Origin: Eutreptiella sp. 'Long Island Sound 2002'
Lineage: Eukaryota; Protista; Euglenida
Length of the DNA stretch: 64,000 nt
Reading direction: 5' to 3'
NCBI GenBank assembly: GCA_964036045.1
Contig: OZ038378.1
Location: forward strand, 181,846,001 to 181,910,000
Shown: piece by piece, positions 1 to 12,153 of the stretch
How positions within the stretch are numbered: the stretch's first letter is position 1
Layout: each line of letters begins with the position of its first letter
The notes under the pieces: model-generated
Seen by the model: the letters and a program-made list of their open reading frames with translations, nothing else
What the model was told of the DNA's origin: nothing
The model's database searches: none
Program-made: the position numbers and the translations under genes

Positions 1-719
1 CCATGGAAAGGGACCGTTGCAGAGGCGGGAGCAGGGCATTGGCCGTCGCGCGGCAGGGCTGTACATTTCGTTTCCCTCGCTCCAGCACCAGGCCTGTGCT
101 CAGTGGGGGGCGCGCCAGAGCCGGTTCCCAGTGAGTGGCCCTCAGCGTGGGGCTGGCGCCTGATCAGAAGCGAGGCTTGGGGCTGCGGCCTTGTGAGCTG
201 ACCCACGCGTGGGATCGGATTCCACTGAGGACCGCAGCCCAGGAAAGGAGCACCAAGTGAATGGGCCAAGTGGTCAGCGTGCTGGCCGCATGTCCTGGAC
301 CTCTGAGATTGGCTCCCGGGGGGGGAGCACCGGTTGTGCCGCGGTGAAACCGTGGCAAACGCCGGAAAGTGCGAGGGAATCGGACTGTAGCATTTCACTG
401 CGCCGTGAGGTGCAGCCCATCGGCACCATCAGGGGGCGCCCCGGGCGTTGTGCCTGCGCCGTGCGAGCAGTGGGCTATTTTGGACACGTTCTGCCCGATG
501 GTGCAGGTGACCGCAGTAACGACTGTGTTCCCATACGCAGGACGGCTCAGATTCTTACTCAGTCCAAAAACTCAGATAATGAGTTAAAACAAACCGTGTT
601 TCCCACTGAAAAGGCCGGGTTGCGGTCTAAATCTGCTGTGTTTGCCCCGTGGACTAGCTCCCCCCCGGTGGTGGGGAGGTTTTCAGGGTGGGGCCGGGAA
701 GGCTGACTTACCATTGGGC

Positions 720-946
720 GCTGTGCCCGCGCTGTGCCCGCGCTGTGCCCGCGCTGTGCCCGCGCTGTGCCCGCGCTGTGCCCGCGCTGTGCCCGCGCTG
801 TGCCCGCGCTGTGCCCGCGCTGAGCCCGCGCTGTGCCCGCGCTGAGCCCGCGCTGTGCCCGCGCTGAGCCCGCGCTGTGCCCGCGCTGTGCCCGCGCTGA
901 GCCCGTGCTGTGCCCGCGCTGTGCCCGCGCTGTGCCCGCGCTGTGC
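720..946. repeat. 11-bp tandem repeat (GCTGTGCCCGC)n, about 20 copies
   Basis: Read directly; occasional GCTGAGCCCGC variants; lies upstream of the first visible exon of gene 1. Confidence 0.95.
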
Positions 947-1062
947 GGGCGCTGCGCAGAAACGCCCCCTGACCACCGGCCCATCGCGCACAGGCCTGTT
1001 CTCGTCCCAGGCTTCGCTGCTGGCGCCCCTTCTCGACCCAAACCTTCTGAATTGTGCCTCAG

Positions 1063-1302
1063 GTGCAGCTGACCAAAGAGATCTATGGCGATACGGTGGT
1101 CCATACGCCGTGGCTGCGGCCCGGGTTTGAGCTGGGGCTAGAGATGCAGCGGATCTGCAACGAGCACCCGCAGGCGGTGGGTATCCTCATGGGACAGCAC
1201 GGGCTCATCAATTGGGGAAGCAGTGGGAAGGAGTGCTACGACTGCACACTCACGCTGATTGAGAAGGCGGCCGTGTACGTCGAGGCCAAGTACGAGGCAA
1301 AG
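1063..1302 (+). CDS. rhaEW: Bifunctional rhamnulose-1-phosphate aldolase/short-chain dehydrogenase, internal exon A (gene 5'-partial)
   Basis: CAG acceptor ending 1062, AAG|GT donor at 1303; encodes VQLTKEIYGDTVVHTPWLRPGFELG...MGQHGLINWG...KYEAK, a class II aldolase segment of the bacterial RhaD-SDR fusion family. 240 nt, phase 0/0. Confidence 0.9.
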
Positions 1303-1311
1303 GTACACCCT

Positions 1312-1511
1312 CAGGGCAGTATTAGAGTGGCCGTACACCACCGGAGGAGGGGGTGGGTTACCGCCCCTGGACCCCCCCCCCCCCCCCGAGACCAAAGGGG
1401 CCATCGTGTGAAAAAACGGAATTTACGATTGGGAAAATCTTGTCGGGCCATTTGTACACACACTTTTTTGGGTCCCAGACCCACCCCCTCCTCTCTCCTA
1501 ATACCTCCCTG
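1312..1511. mobile_element. MITE with CAG...CTG termini
   Basis: TIR CAGGGCAGTATTAG / CTAATACCTCCCTG; flanks GTACACCC(T) 1303-1311 and GTACACCC(C) 1512-1520. Confidence 0.75.
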
Positions 1512-2486
1512 GTACACCCCTTGTACAGGGACCCTGCATGCCTATGCCTTGATGCCTTTGTGCTCACACACAAGCCACACACGCTGACACACACACTTCT
1601 ACACAAGTACATGTCTCTTCATAGTGCTGAAAGGGAGGAAAGGGGCCGCGGAGGCGAATTCCGGACATTGCTGCAATGCGGACAGAGCTGTAGAGAGTGA
1701 TGAATGTTAGCGAACGCGATGAGTTCAGCAACAAGTTATCGGCGTCACACACACGCGCGCGTCCGCATGCCCGCCCACACGCACGCCAGCCCCCCCCCCC
1801 CCCGACACACGAACGGGGGCACACTGCACGGGCAGTGAACCCCCGAAACAATCGGCAAAGGGCCTGAGTATGCTGCGCACCACTGATGGGTAACACTGCG
1901 TGATCCGGAACCCCTGGCCCTGTGTTACACTTCCCACATCGGTGGTGGTGTGCACCCTCTAAACTCCGATGCCTTGGGAAGGCTTTGTGCGGGGCATGCC
2001 GGCGCCGGCATGGGAGGGCTGCCAAGAGGCAGAAACAGCACTTGTGAGCAAAGGGACAACCGTCCCACTCTCACTCGGTAACAATGCTTTTCCCCGGCTG
2101 TTGGGGTCAGCCGAGCGGGCCCCCCACCTCTGTGGCATGCTTTGGAACCCGCCCCCTTAACCCCCAACCCAACGGGTGGACAACCCACCCACACATCCAC
2201 CAGTGGATTTTGTCCTCAAAAGGCGGACACGTATGCATCACCTCCTTCCCTTCCAGTGCAGCCCTGCCCGATGCACAATGACACGGCCCAAAAGAGGATG
2301 CACCCCCCCCCCCCCAACTCCCTATCAGCACCACATCCCCTTTCCCCCCGTACCCCACCTCCCCCTCCCATGCCCACGGCTTTTTAGGGGAGGGGGGGGG
2401 TTGTCGGGATCCAGGGGTCTCCCTATCTTTGATCACTCATGGGCGGCGCCCGCGCGCTTCCTCTCCACGCCCTCTCGCGTTTCAAG

Positions 2487-2834
2487 GGCGGCCACGCCAC
2501 CGCGTTCGGTGGGCAGAAGTACGCGTCTCTGGAGGAGGGGCAGCGGCGGAAGGCGTTTGCCGAGCTGCTGCCGTGGCTGCGGGGCCAAGTGTCGCAGCAG
2601 AAGCGGTTCATCGGGACGTTCGTTGACGACGAGACCATCCTCCGCTTCGTGAACTCGCACGACGCGCCGCGCCTCGCGGAGCTGGGCACCAGCTGCCCCG
2701 ACCACTTCCTGCGGACCAAGATCAAGCCGCTGTACGTCCCGTGGGACCCCGCCACCCGCGACTTTGCCGCGCTGCGCGCGCTGCTGGCGGACGGACTGGC
2801 CAAGTACCGCACCGACTACGCGGCCTACTACGAG
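2487..2834 (+). CDS. rhaEW: Aldolase/SDR exon B
   Basis: AAG acceptor ending 2486, GAG|GT donor at 2835; GGHATAFGGQKY...LAELGTSCPDHFLRTKIKPLY...YAAYYE; joins in frame to exons A and C. Confidence 0.92.
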
Positions 2835-4242
2835 GTCTGCGCCCCCACACCCCCGTGCCCGGCCTGTGCCGCCACCCTCCCATGCTCATGTCCAGGGTGT
2901 ATCGCTACCCCCTGTCGCCACATGCCCAGTGTCGTCCTGTCCTGGTAGCGTCCGTTTCTGCGGCCCTTGGGCGCGTTGTTGTGGCGTTGCGTGGAGTTGC
3001 GTTGCGGTGTGTTCTGTTCTGATGTCTTGCGCTGCGTTGCGATGTACTTTTTGGACGCTGCAGTTGCGCAGGAGGATGGAGGCTTTGGACGTGGGGCGCG
3101 CGCCTGTTGCGCACTACACAGTGCAATCATTGACCACATCCCTGTCCCACACATCCCAACAAGTCGTAGCAATAAGGAGGTCCGGTGCAGATGACAGACA
3201 GGTCACGATACCAGGGTTTAAGTCGATTTGTCGCGGAAGTTCGGGCCGATTGCCATAGAATACAATTTTTCGCATGTACAGACAACACCTTGTCCACCTT
3301 GTCCACCGGGTGTGGGTTTTGTTTGTTTGATGCCCCCTGCCTGCGCACAGAGAGGTCGGGGTGGCTACAGGGTTGTCGGGCTACAGAGTGTAGAATGCGT
3401 TGGAGGTGTGCGGAACAGAGTTCAAGGAAACGGGAGAGGAACAGATGGGTGTGCGGCACGTCCCGCGCTACGCCGTTCCACAGCCCCGGCCCCACACCTG
3501 CAGTCACGTACCATGACCGCACCGCTGTTTGCGCTCATGTAGCGCTGCGGGGCGCTCCGCCGTGGCAGAGTGTTTGCACTCCGCACTGAAGAACATTGCC
3601 GTGCGGACCCATAATGCGGAACTGCCACGACCCGCCACCGAGAACCAGAAACGGTGGGCCAACACAGCGGTTTTGGTGGATCCTCGTGACTCAGGTAGGC
3701 CTCGGCGAAGGAAGGCCTGGTCGGGTTCTTCGTGAACGGCGAGAAGTGGATTGATGCCGCCAATTGCCAAGAGAGCATCATGATTTTCGGGGCTTTACCC
3801 CCCACCCCCCCCACCCCCTCCCCTCCCAACGGCGAGGGCAGTTGCCCTCCTCTGTGTGGACCCGGCACAGAACAGTGAAACAGGGAGAGTCCGGGGGCTC
3901 CCCTGGCACAACCTCCCAAAGGAAAGGAAAGGGAAGTAGAGAGGGAAAGATAGGCCAAGGAGGGAGAGGAAGGGCACAGGAGAGGCCGATGGGCACCACC
4001 GCCTACGGAGGGAAAGGGTCCAAGGGAAGGGCAGTCAGTGGCGATCGGCCAAGTGGCGTCGCCAGCTGCAGACCAGAACACACCAGAGTGTCATACCAAC
4101 CCGCCCCCCCCCCCCCTCCCGGTCTTGGAGCCAAGTGCATGGCGCACACCAGGCCATTTGAGCCCCCCGTCCCACACCCTCCCGGCCGCAACGCCCCGGG
4201 GCCGCAGCCCCTGTCCCACACACAACCCTGTCCGGCGCTCAG

Positions 4243-4515
4243 GCATGCAAGCACCACAACTCCCCTGCCATGCGAGACCCCAATCCGACGGTGATTCTGA
4301 TCCCGGGCATGGGCATGATCGCGTGGGGCAAGAGCAAGAGCGAGTCACGCACGACCGCGGAGTTCTACAATTGTGCCATCGAAGTTGTCCGCGGCGCTGA
4401 GGCAGTTGACGAATACATCGCGCTGCCCAGACAGGAAGCGTTTGACATCGAGTATTGGCTTCTGGAAGAGGCCAAGTTGCAGCGAATGCCGCCTGAGAAT
4501 GAGCTGGCACGGCAG
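4243..4515 (+). CDS. rhaEW: Aldolase/SDR exon C
   Basis: CAG acceptor ending 4242, CAG|GT donor at 4516; ACKHHNSPAMRDPNPTVILIPGMGM...EAFDIEYWLLEEAKLQRMPPENELARQ. Confidence 0.92.
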
Positions 4516-4574
4516 GTGGGACGCTAACCTGCGTGGGTTCTTCTTGTGAGGGGTTGGCAACAGGGTGCCAACAA

Positions 4575-4920
4575 AGCGTCAACAAGGGGAAGCGAGTGTG
4601 AAGAAGTGACAACAAGTTTTAACAAGTGTGAACAAGTGTTCACAAGGGTAAGCGTGTGTCAGCCAGTGCAAATGGAAGCAAGTATCCCCAAGTTGAAGCA
4701 ACTGTTAGCTGGTGGAAGTAGGTGTTAACGAGTATAAGCAAGTGTTCACAAGGGGAAGCAGATGTCAATCAGTGGAACCAAGTGTCGACAAGCGGAAGCA
4801 AAGTGTCCACAGGTGTAAGCAAATGTCAACAAGTGTCACAAAATGTGACCAAGTGGAAAGTGTCAACGGGTGTAAGCAAGTGCCAACAAGTGGATGGAAC
4901 AAATGTCAACGAGTGCCAGA
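4575..4920. repeat. Degenerate ~10-11 bp minisatellite (CAAGTGTCAA-like)
   Basis: Recurrent ACAAGTG/CAAGTGT core read directly in the intron. Confidence 0.7.
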
Positions 4921-5420
4921 CGAGGGTCACCAGGCGTTTACAAATCTGTGTCCACAGATCCACAGATGTCGGCACGGGGTGCGTTTGCGGTCACGGGGTG
5001 TTCAAGTGGGGACCTGGAGCCCCCCACCCCCTTATTCCCCCTCTTCAGACCTTCAAACGTACGCCCATGGGGAGCAGCAGATTTTTGGCCACCACAGTGG
5101 GGCCAGCCACATCATTGCGGCTCGTTGGGTGCCTCGGGAGCGTCGCCTCTGCGTCTGCAGAACTTCCTTTTGTTTTTTGTTCACTTATCCCAAACAAGAT
5201 TTGACCGCCCTATTTCATGCCGCGGATGTAGAGGTCCAGAATTCCGCAGATTCGCCAACCCCCCCCCCCCCCCGGGCAGGGGACTGCAGCGAATGAATGA
5301 CATCCCAACGAAGTATTACAAGGGGCTGGGGATGGGGATGGCGGGGGGTCTGAGGCACAAAAGTTTGTGACCACAATTGGCTCAACAAAACTTGCCCAGA
5401 ATCGCACTGTTCCTCAGCGT

Positions 5421-5651
5421 CAACGCATCCCAACACAACGCCACGCAACACAACACAACGCAACACAACACGACGCAACACAACGCAAAACGACACGACA
5501 CAACGCGACACGACACGATACGACGCGACGCGACACGACACAACACCACACCACACCACACCACACCACACCACACCACACCACACCACACCACACCACA
5601 CCGCACCGCACCGCACCACACCACACCGCACCGCACCGCACCACACCGCAC
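5421..5651. repeat. Graded pentanucleotide array (CAACA/CGACA/CACCA/CACCG)n
   Basis: Read directly; ends about 75 bp before the exon D acceptor. Confidence 0.9.
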
Positions 5652-5728
5652 TATGGTGCGTTGTTCTGGTCGGTTGCGTTGTGCAGCAATGCGTTCCCAG
5701 GCCCCTGATCACTTCCATCAACCTCCAG

Positions 5729-6124
5729 GTCCACATCGTCATTGGTGCGGGCTCCGGCATCGGGAAGGAGACTGCGCATCGCTTGGCGAAGGAGGGCGCG
5801 CACATCGTCGCAATCGATGTCGACGAGGACGCCGCTGCCGCGACGGCGGCCGAGATCACGAAGAAGATCGGCCAAGGCATTGGTGTCGCTGGCAGTGGCG
5901 TGAGCGGCTGCGGGCCCGCTATCGGGCTCCGGGCAGACGTCACCGACCGCGGGTCCATCCGCGCGGCGCTGGATCAGGTGGCGCTTGCTTATGGGGGGTT
6001 CGATACCATCGTGGTCACCGCGGGCGTGTTCGTGCCCAGTGACACCACGGGTCACATACCGGACGAGAAATGGGCGCAGACTTTCGGGGTCAACGTGACC
6101 GGCAGTTATCTGGTGGCGGACGAG
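5729..6124 (+). CDS. rhaEW: Aldolase/SDR exon D (SDR Rossmann fold)
   Basis: CAG acceptor ending 5728, GAG|GT donor at 6125; VHIVIGAGSGIGKETAHRLAKEGAHIV... with the GxxxGxG dinucleotide-binding motif. Confidence 0.92.
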
Positions 6125-6440
6125 GTCTGGCACATCTTTTGCCCCCTGCTTCTGTCCCACTACAGAAACCTCGGTTGTCCTGCCGCGTCGGCAAGTGGCC
6201 ACAGGGGGCCCATGCCCCGCAATTAGCGTTTCCCGCGAATGCTGTGGTTCAAGGGATGCATGTTCAAGACGGTATCAATTTTGGCACCAAACCGATCAGT
6301 AACCCCTACACGCTGGCCCTTCACACTGATGTCTAGGCAGATGGATCTGGCCAGTTTTGTTTTGGGGATGGGCTTGGCATTCCGTCAGGAGCGCGCGGCG
6401 GGGGAGGGATCGCTTGAGCCCCGTCTCCACCGCCCCCGTT

Positions 6441-6809
6441 CAGGGCTCATAAGCCGGGGGACCAAGAAGCCTGGGACTGGGTCGCGGAGGGGGAGGGGGG
6501 GGGGGGCTGTGACAGACGTCGTTCTGCTGCTGTATACAGCGGTGGCAGGGGAGTTGACCGCACGGGGGCAGAATGCTGCAAGTGCATGTCAAGTCCGTTT
6601 TACTCAGAACTCCGCCTCAACACGTGGGGCGCTACTCTTCTCTTGCCATCTTGTGCATTGACATGACGCGTTCCGAAGTCCTGAGTTTCGGAGCCCAAGG
6701 GAAGTGGCATCTTCAATGTCGTGGCCGAGGGGTCAATACAGCCCCGGAAAACCGGGGTCTGGGGGGATGGAAAAAGGGTTCAATTAATAGGAACCATTAT
6801 TCAGCTCTG
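6441..6809. mobile_element. MITE with CAG...CTG termini and degenerate 8-bp TSD
   Basis: Ends CAGGGCTCATAA / TTATTCAGCTCTG; flanks CCCCCGTT (6433-6440) and CCTCCATT (6810-6817), 6/8 identical, both differences transitions. Confidence 0.6.
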
Positions 6810-7700
6810 CCTCCATTTCTGACTCTGACTCTGACTCTGACTCTGACTGTAACTCCTTGGAGCTTATGTGGGTATCATGGAAGGCCATGGTGGGGCGCAA
6901 CGCACTCTTGAGGCAGTAGGGACCCACATGGGCACCAATCTGGGTAGTTGGTGGATAGGGCTCTGCGCAGGCAGCCGCAGGTGTGGGGTGTTCCATAGAG
7001 GTCGGCTGGTGACTGCGCAGTACAATCAGTGCGCAGTCCTTTGTCTTGTGCGTGGATTGATTTTGCTGATGAAGTCGCTCGCCTCAATGGGCCCAGCTGC
7101 CACCGTTGGGGTGGTCGCCGCTGGGTTCAGGGCGAGGGGTCAATGGAACCGGAGCCCGACAAGGGCTCAATTAACAGGGAACCTAAAAGCCAACCCAGGG
7201 ACTTCCATGGCCTCAATGGCGGTGGTACTAGTGTCGAAGGGCACTTGGGGCCCCAGTAAGATCCAGCTCCTTCTGATCACGCCTGATCTGGCAGACGCTA
7301 GTGCCAAGTTTGGTGCGGACGGAACCTCTGGGAATCCTGTCTGATTGGTTGCCTGGAAAGAGGTTGCGGACTCGAAGCACTCGAGGCTTCATGACGGGCG
7401 ACGGGGGTACAAGGGGCAAAAGTACCTCTTTCGTAGCTGGCCACCGGGCTCTGAACCTCCCCACCTCTCGCTGTACCTGCGAGCGAACCGATTCCCGCCA
7501 TCCCCAGGCCCCCGGTCCTCCTCCACCATGGGCAGCTTGTGCGAGTGTGGGTGTGGGTGTGGGCGGAGATGTGAGTGTGGGTGTGAATGTGGGCGAGGGC
7601 GTGGACATGGGTGTGGGTGTGAGTTTGATTGTATGTGTGTCGGTGTGGGCGTGGGTCCAAGTGTGGGGTGTGTGGGCGTTGCGGTGAGTGTGGGGCCCCA

Positions 7701-8085
7701 CCCGGCCTTTTTTTTAGTGCCCCGCCTACCCTACCCCAGGGGAGCGAGGTGCGTGCCTGCCTTTTTCAAAATGGCGGGTGCCACCTTCTGATGCCCCCCC
7801 CCCCCCCCCCCTCGGGGGGGTCTCCCATCAGAAGTCGGGCCAAGAGTGGGTTGGTGGCTTTGAGGGGAAGGGCTATAGTCCTGGCGCCAAAGGCGCCGGA
7901 AAACCTTTTCCCGTCTTTTTTCCTTTGTGTTGGTCAGTCGGTGAGGGGGTGGGTGCCTCTTGAGCTGAGCCCCCCCCCCCCCCCCGCTGTGGGGGTAGGT
8001 CAAGTGCTGTGGGTGCCTGCCAAGAGTGGGTGCCTCCCCATCTCATTCTGCAGCCCCCCCCCCCCCGTTGCGAAAAAAAGCCTTG
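7701..8085. mobile_element. MITE-like element with 7-bp TSD
   Basis: Ends CCCGGCCTTTTTTTT / AAAAAAAGCCTTG; GGCCCCA at 7694-7700 and 8086-8092. Confidence 0.6.
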
Positions 8086-8123
8086 GGCCCCACCCCCACC
8101 CTCCCCTCGTACTCCTGCCCCAG

Positions 8124-8579
8124 GCCCGGCAGACCTGGCAGGACCAAGGTCTTAGCGGCAGCCTTGTGCTCACCACCAGCGCCAACGCCGTCGTCGCCAA
8201 GAAGGGCAGCGTGGCCTACGACACCTCCAAAGCCGCAGTCAGCCACCTGGTGCGCGAGTTGGCGATTGAGCTCGCGCCGCTGATCCGGGTCAACGGCGTC
8301 GCACCCGCGACGGTCGTGCAAGGCTCTGCGATGTTCCCCCGGGACCGCGTCGTGGGGTCTCTCGCGAAGTACCAGATCCCGTACACCGCGGAGGAGCCGA
8401 CGGCAGCACTGGTGGACAAACTCGCGAAGTTTTACGCGGAACGCACGCTCACGAAGTCGCCCATCACGCCGGCGGACCAGGCGGAGGCGTACTTCTTGCT
8501 GGTCAGCAAACGCCTCAGCAAGACCACGGGGCAAGTCATCACAGTGGACGGGGGACTGCACGAGGCGTTCCTGCGGTAA
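8124..8579 (+). CDS. rhaEW: Aldolase/SDR terminal exon E (SDR catalytic YxxxK)
   Basis: CAG acceptor ending 8123; ARQTWQDQGLSGSLVLTTSANAVVAKKGSVAYDTSKAA...GQVITVDGGLHEAFLR, TAA at 8577-8579. Confidence 0.93.
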   Translation, partial: ARQTWQDQGLSGSLVLTTSANAVVAKKGSVAYDTSKAAVSHLVRELAIELAPLIRVNGVAPATVVQGSAMFPRDRVVGSLAKYQIPYTAEEPTAALVDKLAKFYAERTLTKSPITPADQAEAYFLLVSKRLSKTTGQVITVDGGLHEAFLR

Positions 8580-10118
8580 GCAGAAGGCTTCATGTCATGC
8601 TGCCCTTCGCCTCCCATGACCCCAAGGGCCAGCGTTTCCGTGGGAATCAGCCGTCTGCACATCCACACCATCAGGCACACGACCACCATCCGACCACCCA
8701 GCCACACCCACGCCTACACCCATCCACCTACCCACACACACACGCCCGCAAATAAATGACACACGGTGACCCTGCTGACCCATGCTGGTATTCTTCCTTG
8801 ATATGGTCGTCCCCTCCACCACCCACGCACGCACATCCTCGCGCACAACCCCTCCCCCCCTTAACACACACGTTTGCGACAAAGACACTTGGGAGAGCGT
8901 GTCCCACCCATCATAGTGTACTTTACAACCATAGGTCTGTCCACAGACACGGCAGGAATGGACACCAGTGGGCAAGTAGAATAAGTAAAACAAGCAAAGC
9001 AGCATGCCGGTTGTTCTGAAGGGACCACCAATTCGGGCTGAAGGAGACGTAGTAATATGTCAGTCATTGTGCCTAGAAGCTCTAACCTCCCCGAGCACTC
9101 ATTGGGGGACCCCACCCAGGCGATATTCACAGCTAAATCTGACTGGTAGCAAGCGTCTCAGGGCCTTGTGACAACATCATAATGCAGCACTGAGTGGGCC
9201 AATGCAAATGCTTGAACATAAACCAGTACATAGTCACAAAAGGGTCAGCCATAGTCAGCCAAAACTGCATCAACTGGACAATGAGGTGGGTGGGTTGGGT
9301 CCAAAAAAAGTGCATATTCTCAGAGCACCATTCCACTGCTCTGTGCCACTGGTATGGAGCAGTGTAGTGCAGCGATTGGCTAATCGCATTCCACAGTAAA
9401 CTAACACCAGACTCTTTGCTGTTTTAAAGCCTTCTCCAAATCTTGGGTGGCAGAAATATGAAAACAGAAAACAGTACGCAAAAAGCAGAACAGTAACTGA
9501 AACAAAAAGATGTCAGTTGTGGTTGGTCAACTGCCAAGCGGTCACAGCTGGGTGCCAATGACAGTGCACAGAAGATACAGATGTTTGCGGGCAAGACAAA
9601 AGTGTGAAGGAGAAAAACTCTCACTTTGGAGCAAATATTCAAGGACCTTTGCACAAGCAGAGTTGGGTGGGGTAAGGCTCAGCACAGACACACATGCACA
9701 GACATACAACCACTGCTGGCGGCCAGCAAAACCAACAGGATACACCCGCAATTACCCAGTGGTGCTCGGGGCTTACTGCAACCTGGGTTCATCCAAGCCA
9801 TCCCTCTCCACCAGCAAGCACCTTGGTGTGACGGCTTGCTGACATGGCTGACATCTTCGAGGGGTAAGCCTCTGTAGGGTCTGGTTGCTCATTGTACATG
9901 TGGTACATATGCAGTGAGCGGGATTTGAATTGCGGCCCTTGATTCAGGCTGACCAGCCATAGAGCCGAGGAGTATGCTGCCGCGAAGCGTGCACTGCAGA
10001 TGCTCTGATGGAACAAGGATGATGCCCCGCGCCTGCACACCAAAACACACACACACCGCCTCTCTGACCCACCTGCAGACCCATACAGGCCTTCCTCTAT
10101 AATATGGCACCCCCCACC

Positions 10119-10156
<38 letters not shown>

Positions 10157-10304
10157 ATTTGCATACGGATAGGAAGCTGTGAATCAGTTTGCTAGGGTTC
10201 CTGCAAGCCCAACCAAGGACTCTGAACTCATGGTTATTGCAGACGTGGTAGGAAGACAGGGGTTGGGCTTCGCAGTTTGAGCATGATTGGAATCGATACC
10301 TTGG

Positions 10305-10487
<183 letters not shown>

Positions 10488-10804
10488 CGAAAATGCCGGA
10501 CCTTGCAGTTGGGGCATGATTGAAGTGTTGGCTTTGCCAAACGCGCATAAAACACAGAAAAGGCATATGTGCCACCGTGATAACCACGCCTGTCACACCC
10601 ATTCAGAACCAGCTGCGTCCTGTGCACAAATCCATGGGGCTCATCTCCATCTGATCTGTCTGACCTGGAAGACGCTAACCATCCACCCACCCATTCACCT
10701 TCTGATATGAGGTTTGTTAGTCCAACCGCCAAATGTGCCTGTAATTGGCTGTTGATCAGTTTGATAAAAGTGCCGGCCTGCGGCTGCCGGCAGTCAGCGT
10801 TCAC

Positions 10805-12102
10805 CCCGGGGGGGGCGACTCCGCGGGTCCCAGGACGCCAACTACCCCTCCCCCCCCCCCCCCCTAGGGGCCTTCGGCCAACAGTTAGTTGCCAAAGGTG
10901 TTGCCCTCAGGCATCCATGGGCGCCAAAGGCGCCTGATGCTCCATGAACACCAAAGGTGCCCTAAGGCAAATTTTATCCAATTTGCACCTCAACACTATC
11001 CTTAAACCCAAACTTGACTCTAACGCCCACCCCCAACACTCAGCCTACTCCTATCCCTACACCTAACCCTAATCAAGACTGAATATTGGGACCAAGCTGG
11101 TGGGGGAGGGAACATCAGCTATGACTGGTGAGGGACATCAAGAATGATTCACACATTGATGGCTCTTGACAAAGTGAAATCAGCTTGCAAGTGAACCCCA
11201 TCACCACAAGGCCCACTTTCAAGGCTTTTTGGACTTCTGAGGGGCCAAAATGCCCCAAAATGGGCTCAAAATGGGCCCATTTCACCCGTTTGTGCACCCC
11301 AAATGGTCTAGGATGAGGTTTGGAAAAATGCGTTTTTGACCCATTTTTGACCCATCTTTGGTCCCAAAACAGCCCATTTTCAAGGCATTTTGGGATTTTC
11401 GGAGGACCAAAATGGGCCACCACAAGCTCAAAACGGTCCCAAAACACTTGTTTTAGCGTCGCACATGGTCTAGGATCATTTTTGAGAAAAGTCATCTTTT
11501 TGCCCCTATTGGACCCTGTTAACCCATTTGGGCACCCACCTGTTTGGGCTTGAGCTTGCAGCTTGCGGCCGCCTAGTGGGCCTAGGTATTGGGGTCTAGG
11601 CGTCCGTTTGGGCAATTCTGAGGGGTGGAAACCACAAAAAGTGGGGGGTTGCGGGTGGAGTAGGTGCCCTCGGAATCGCATTTTGAGCCATGTAGCCAAA
11701 GATATGGCCTATTCTTGGTTTGTGGCTGTCGGCATTTGGAGCTTCTTAGGGCCTTTTTGGGCCGTTTCTGGGACATATCATGGAGTTAGAGGGCCGCAAA
11801 GAGCTCGTTGACACGGGGAAGTCAAGCCGCACGTGGAGTGTACCCACCGTTTCCCTTCGTTTGGCCGTTTTGAATGTGTTTCACGGCTTTTTTGGCCCAA
11901 AAATGGCTGTTTTTGGCCCTACACTGCAGTTTTTGAAACTGAGGTCCGCCACTTGCGAATCCCGTTCCCGGCCGCCACCGTTGAGTTTCTTGCTCGAACT
12001 TTGTGTGATTGTACTTCACACCCATAGGTATCATCCACCAAAATTTCATCCGAATCTGAAGCACCACGACGGAGTTGTGATTTTTAGCCATTTCGCGCGT
12101 GC

Positions 12103-12153
<51 letters not shown>

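Noticed and set aside
9912-9980. tRNA- or SINE-like motif on the minus strand (ATTCAAATCCC, B-box-like)
   Set aside because: Acceptor stem pairs at only 4 positions, and no D arm or A box is convincing; a tRNAscan-SE or SINE search would be needed.
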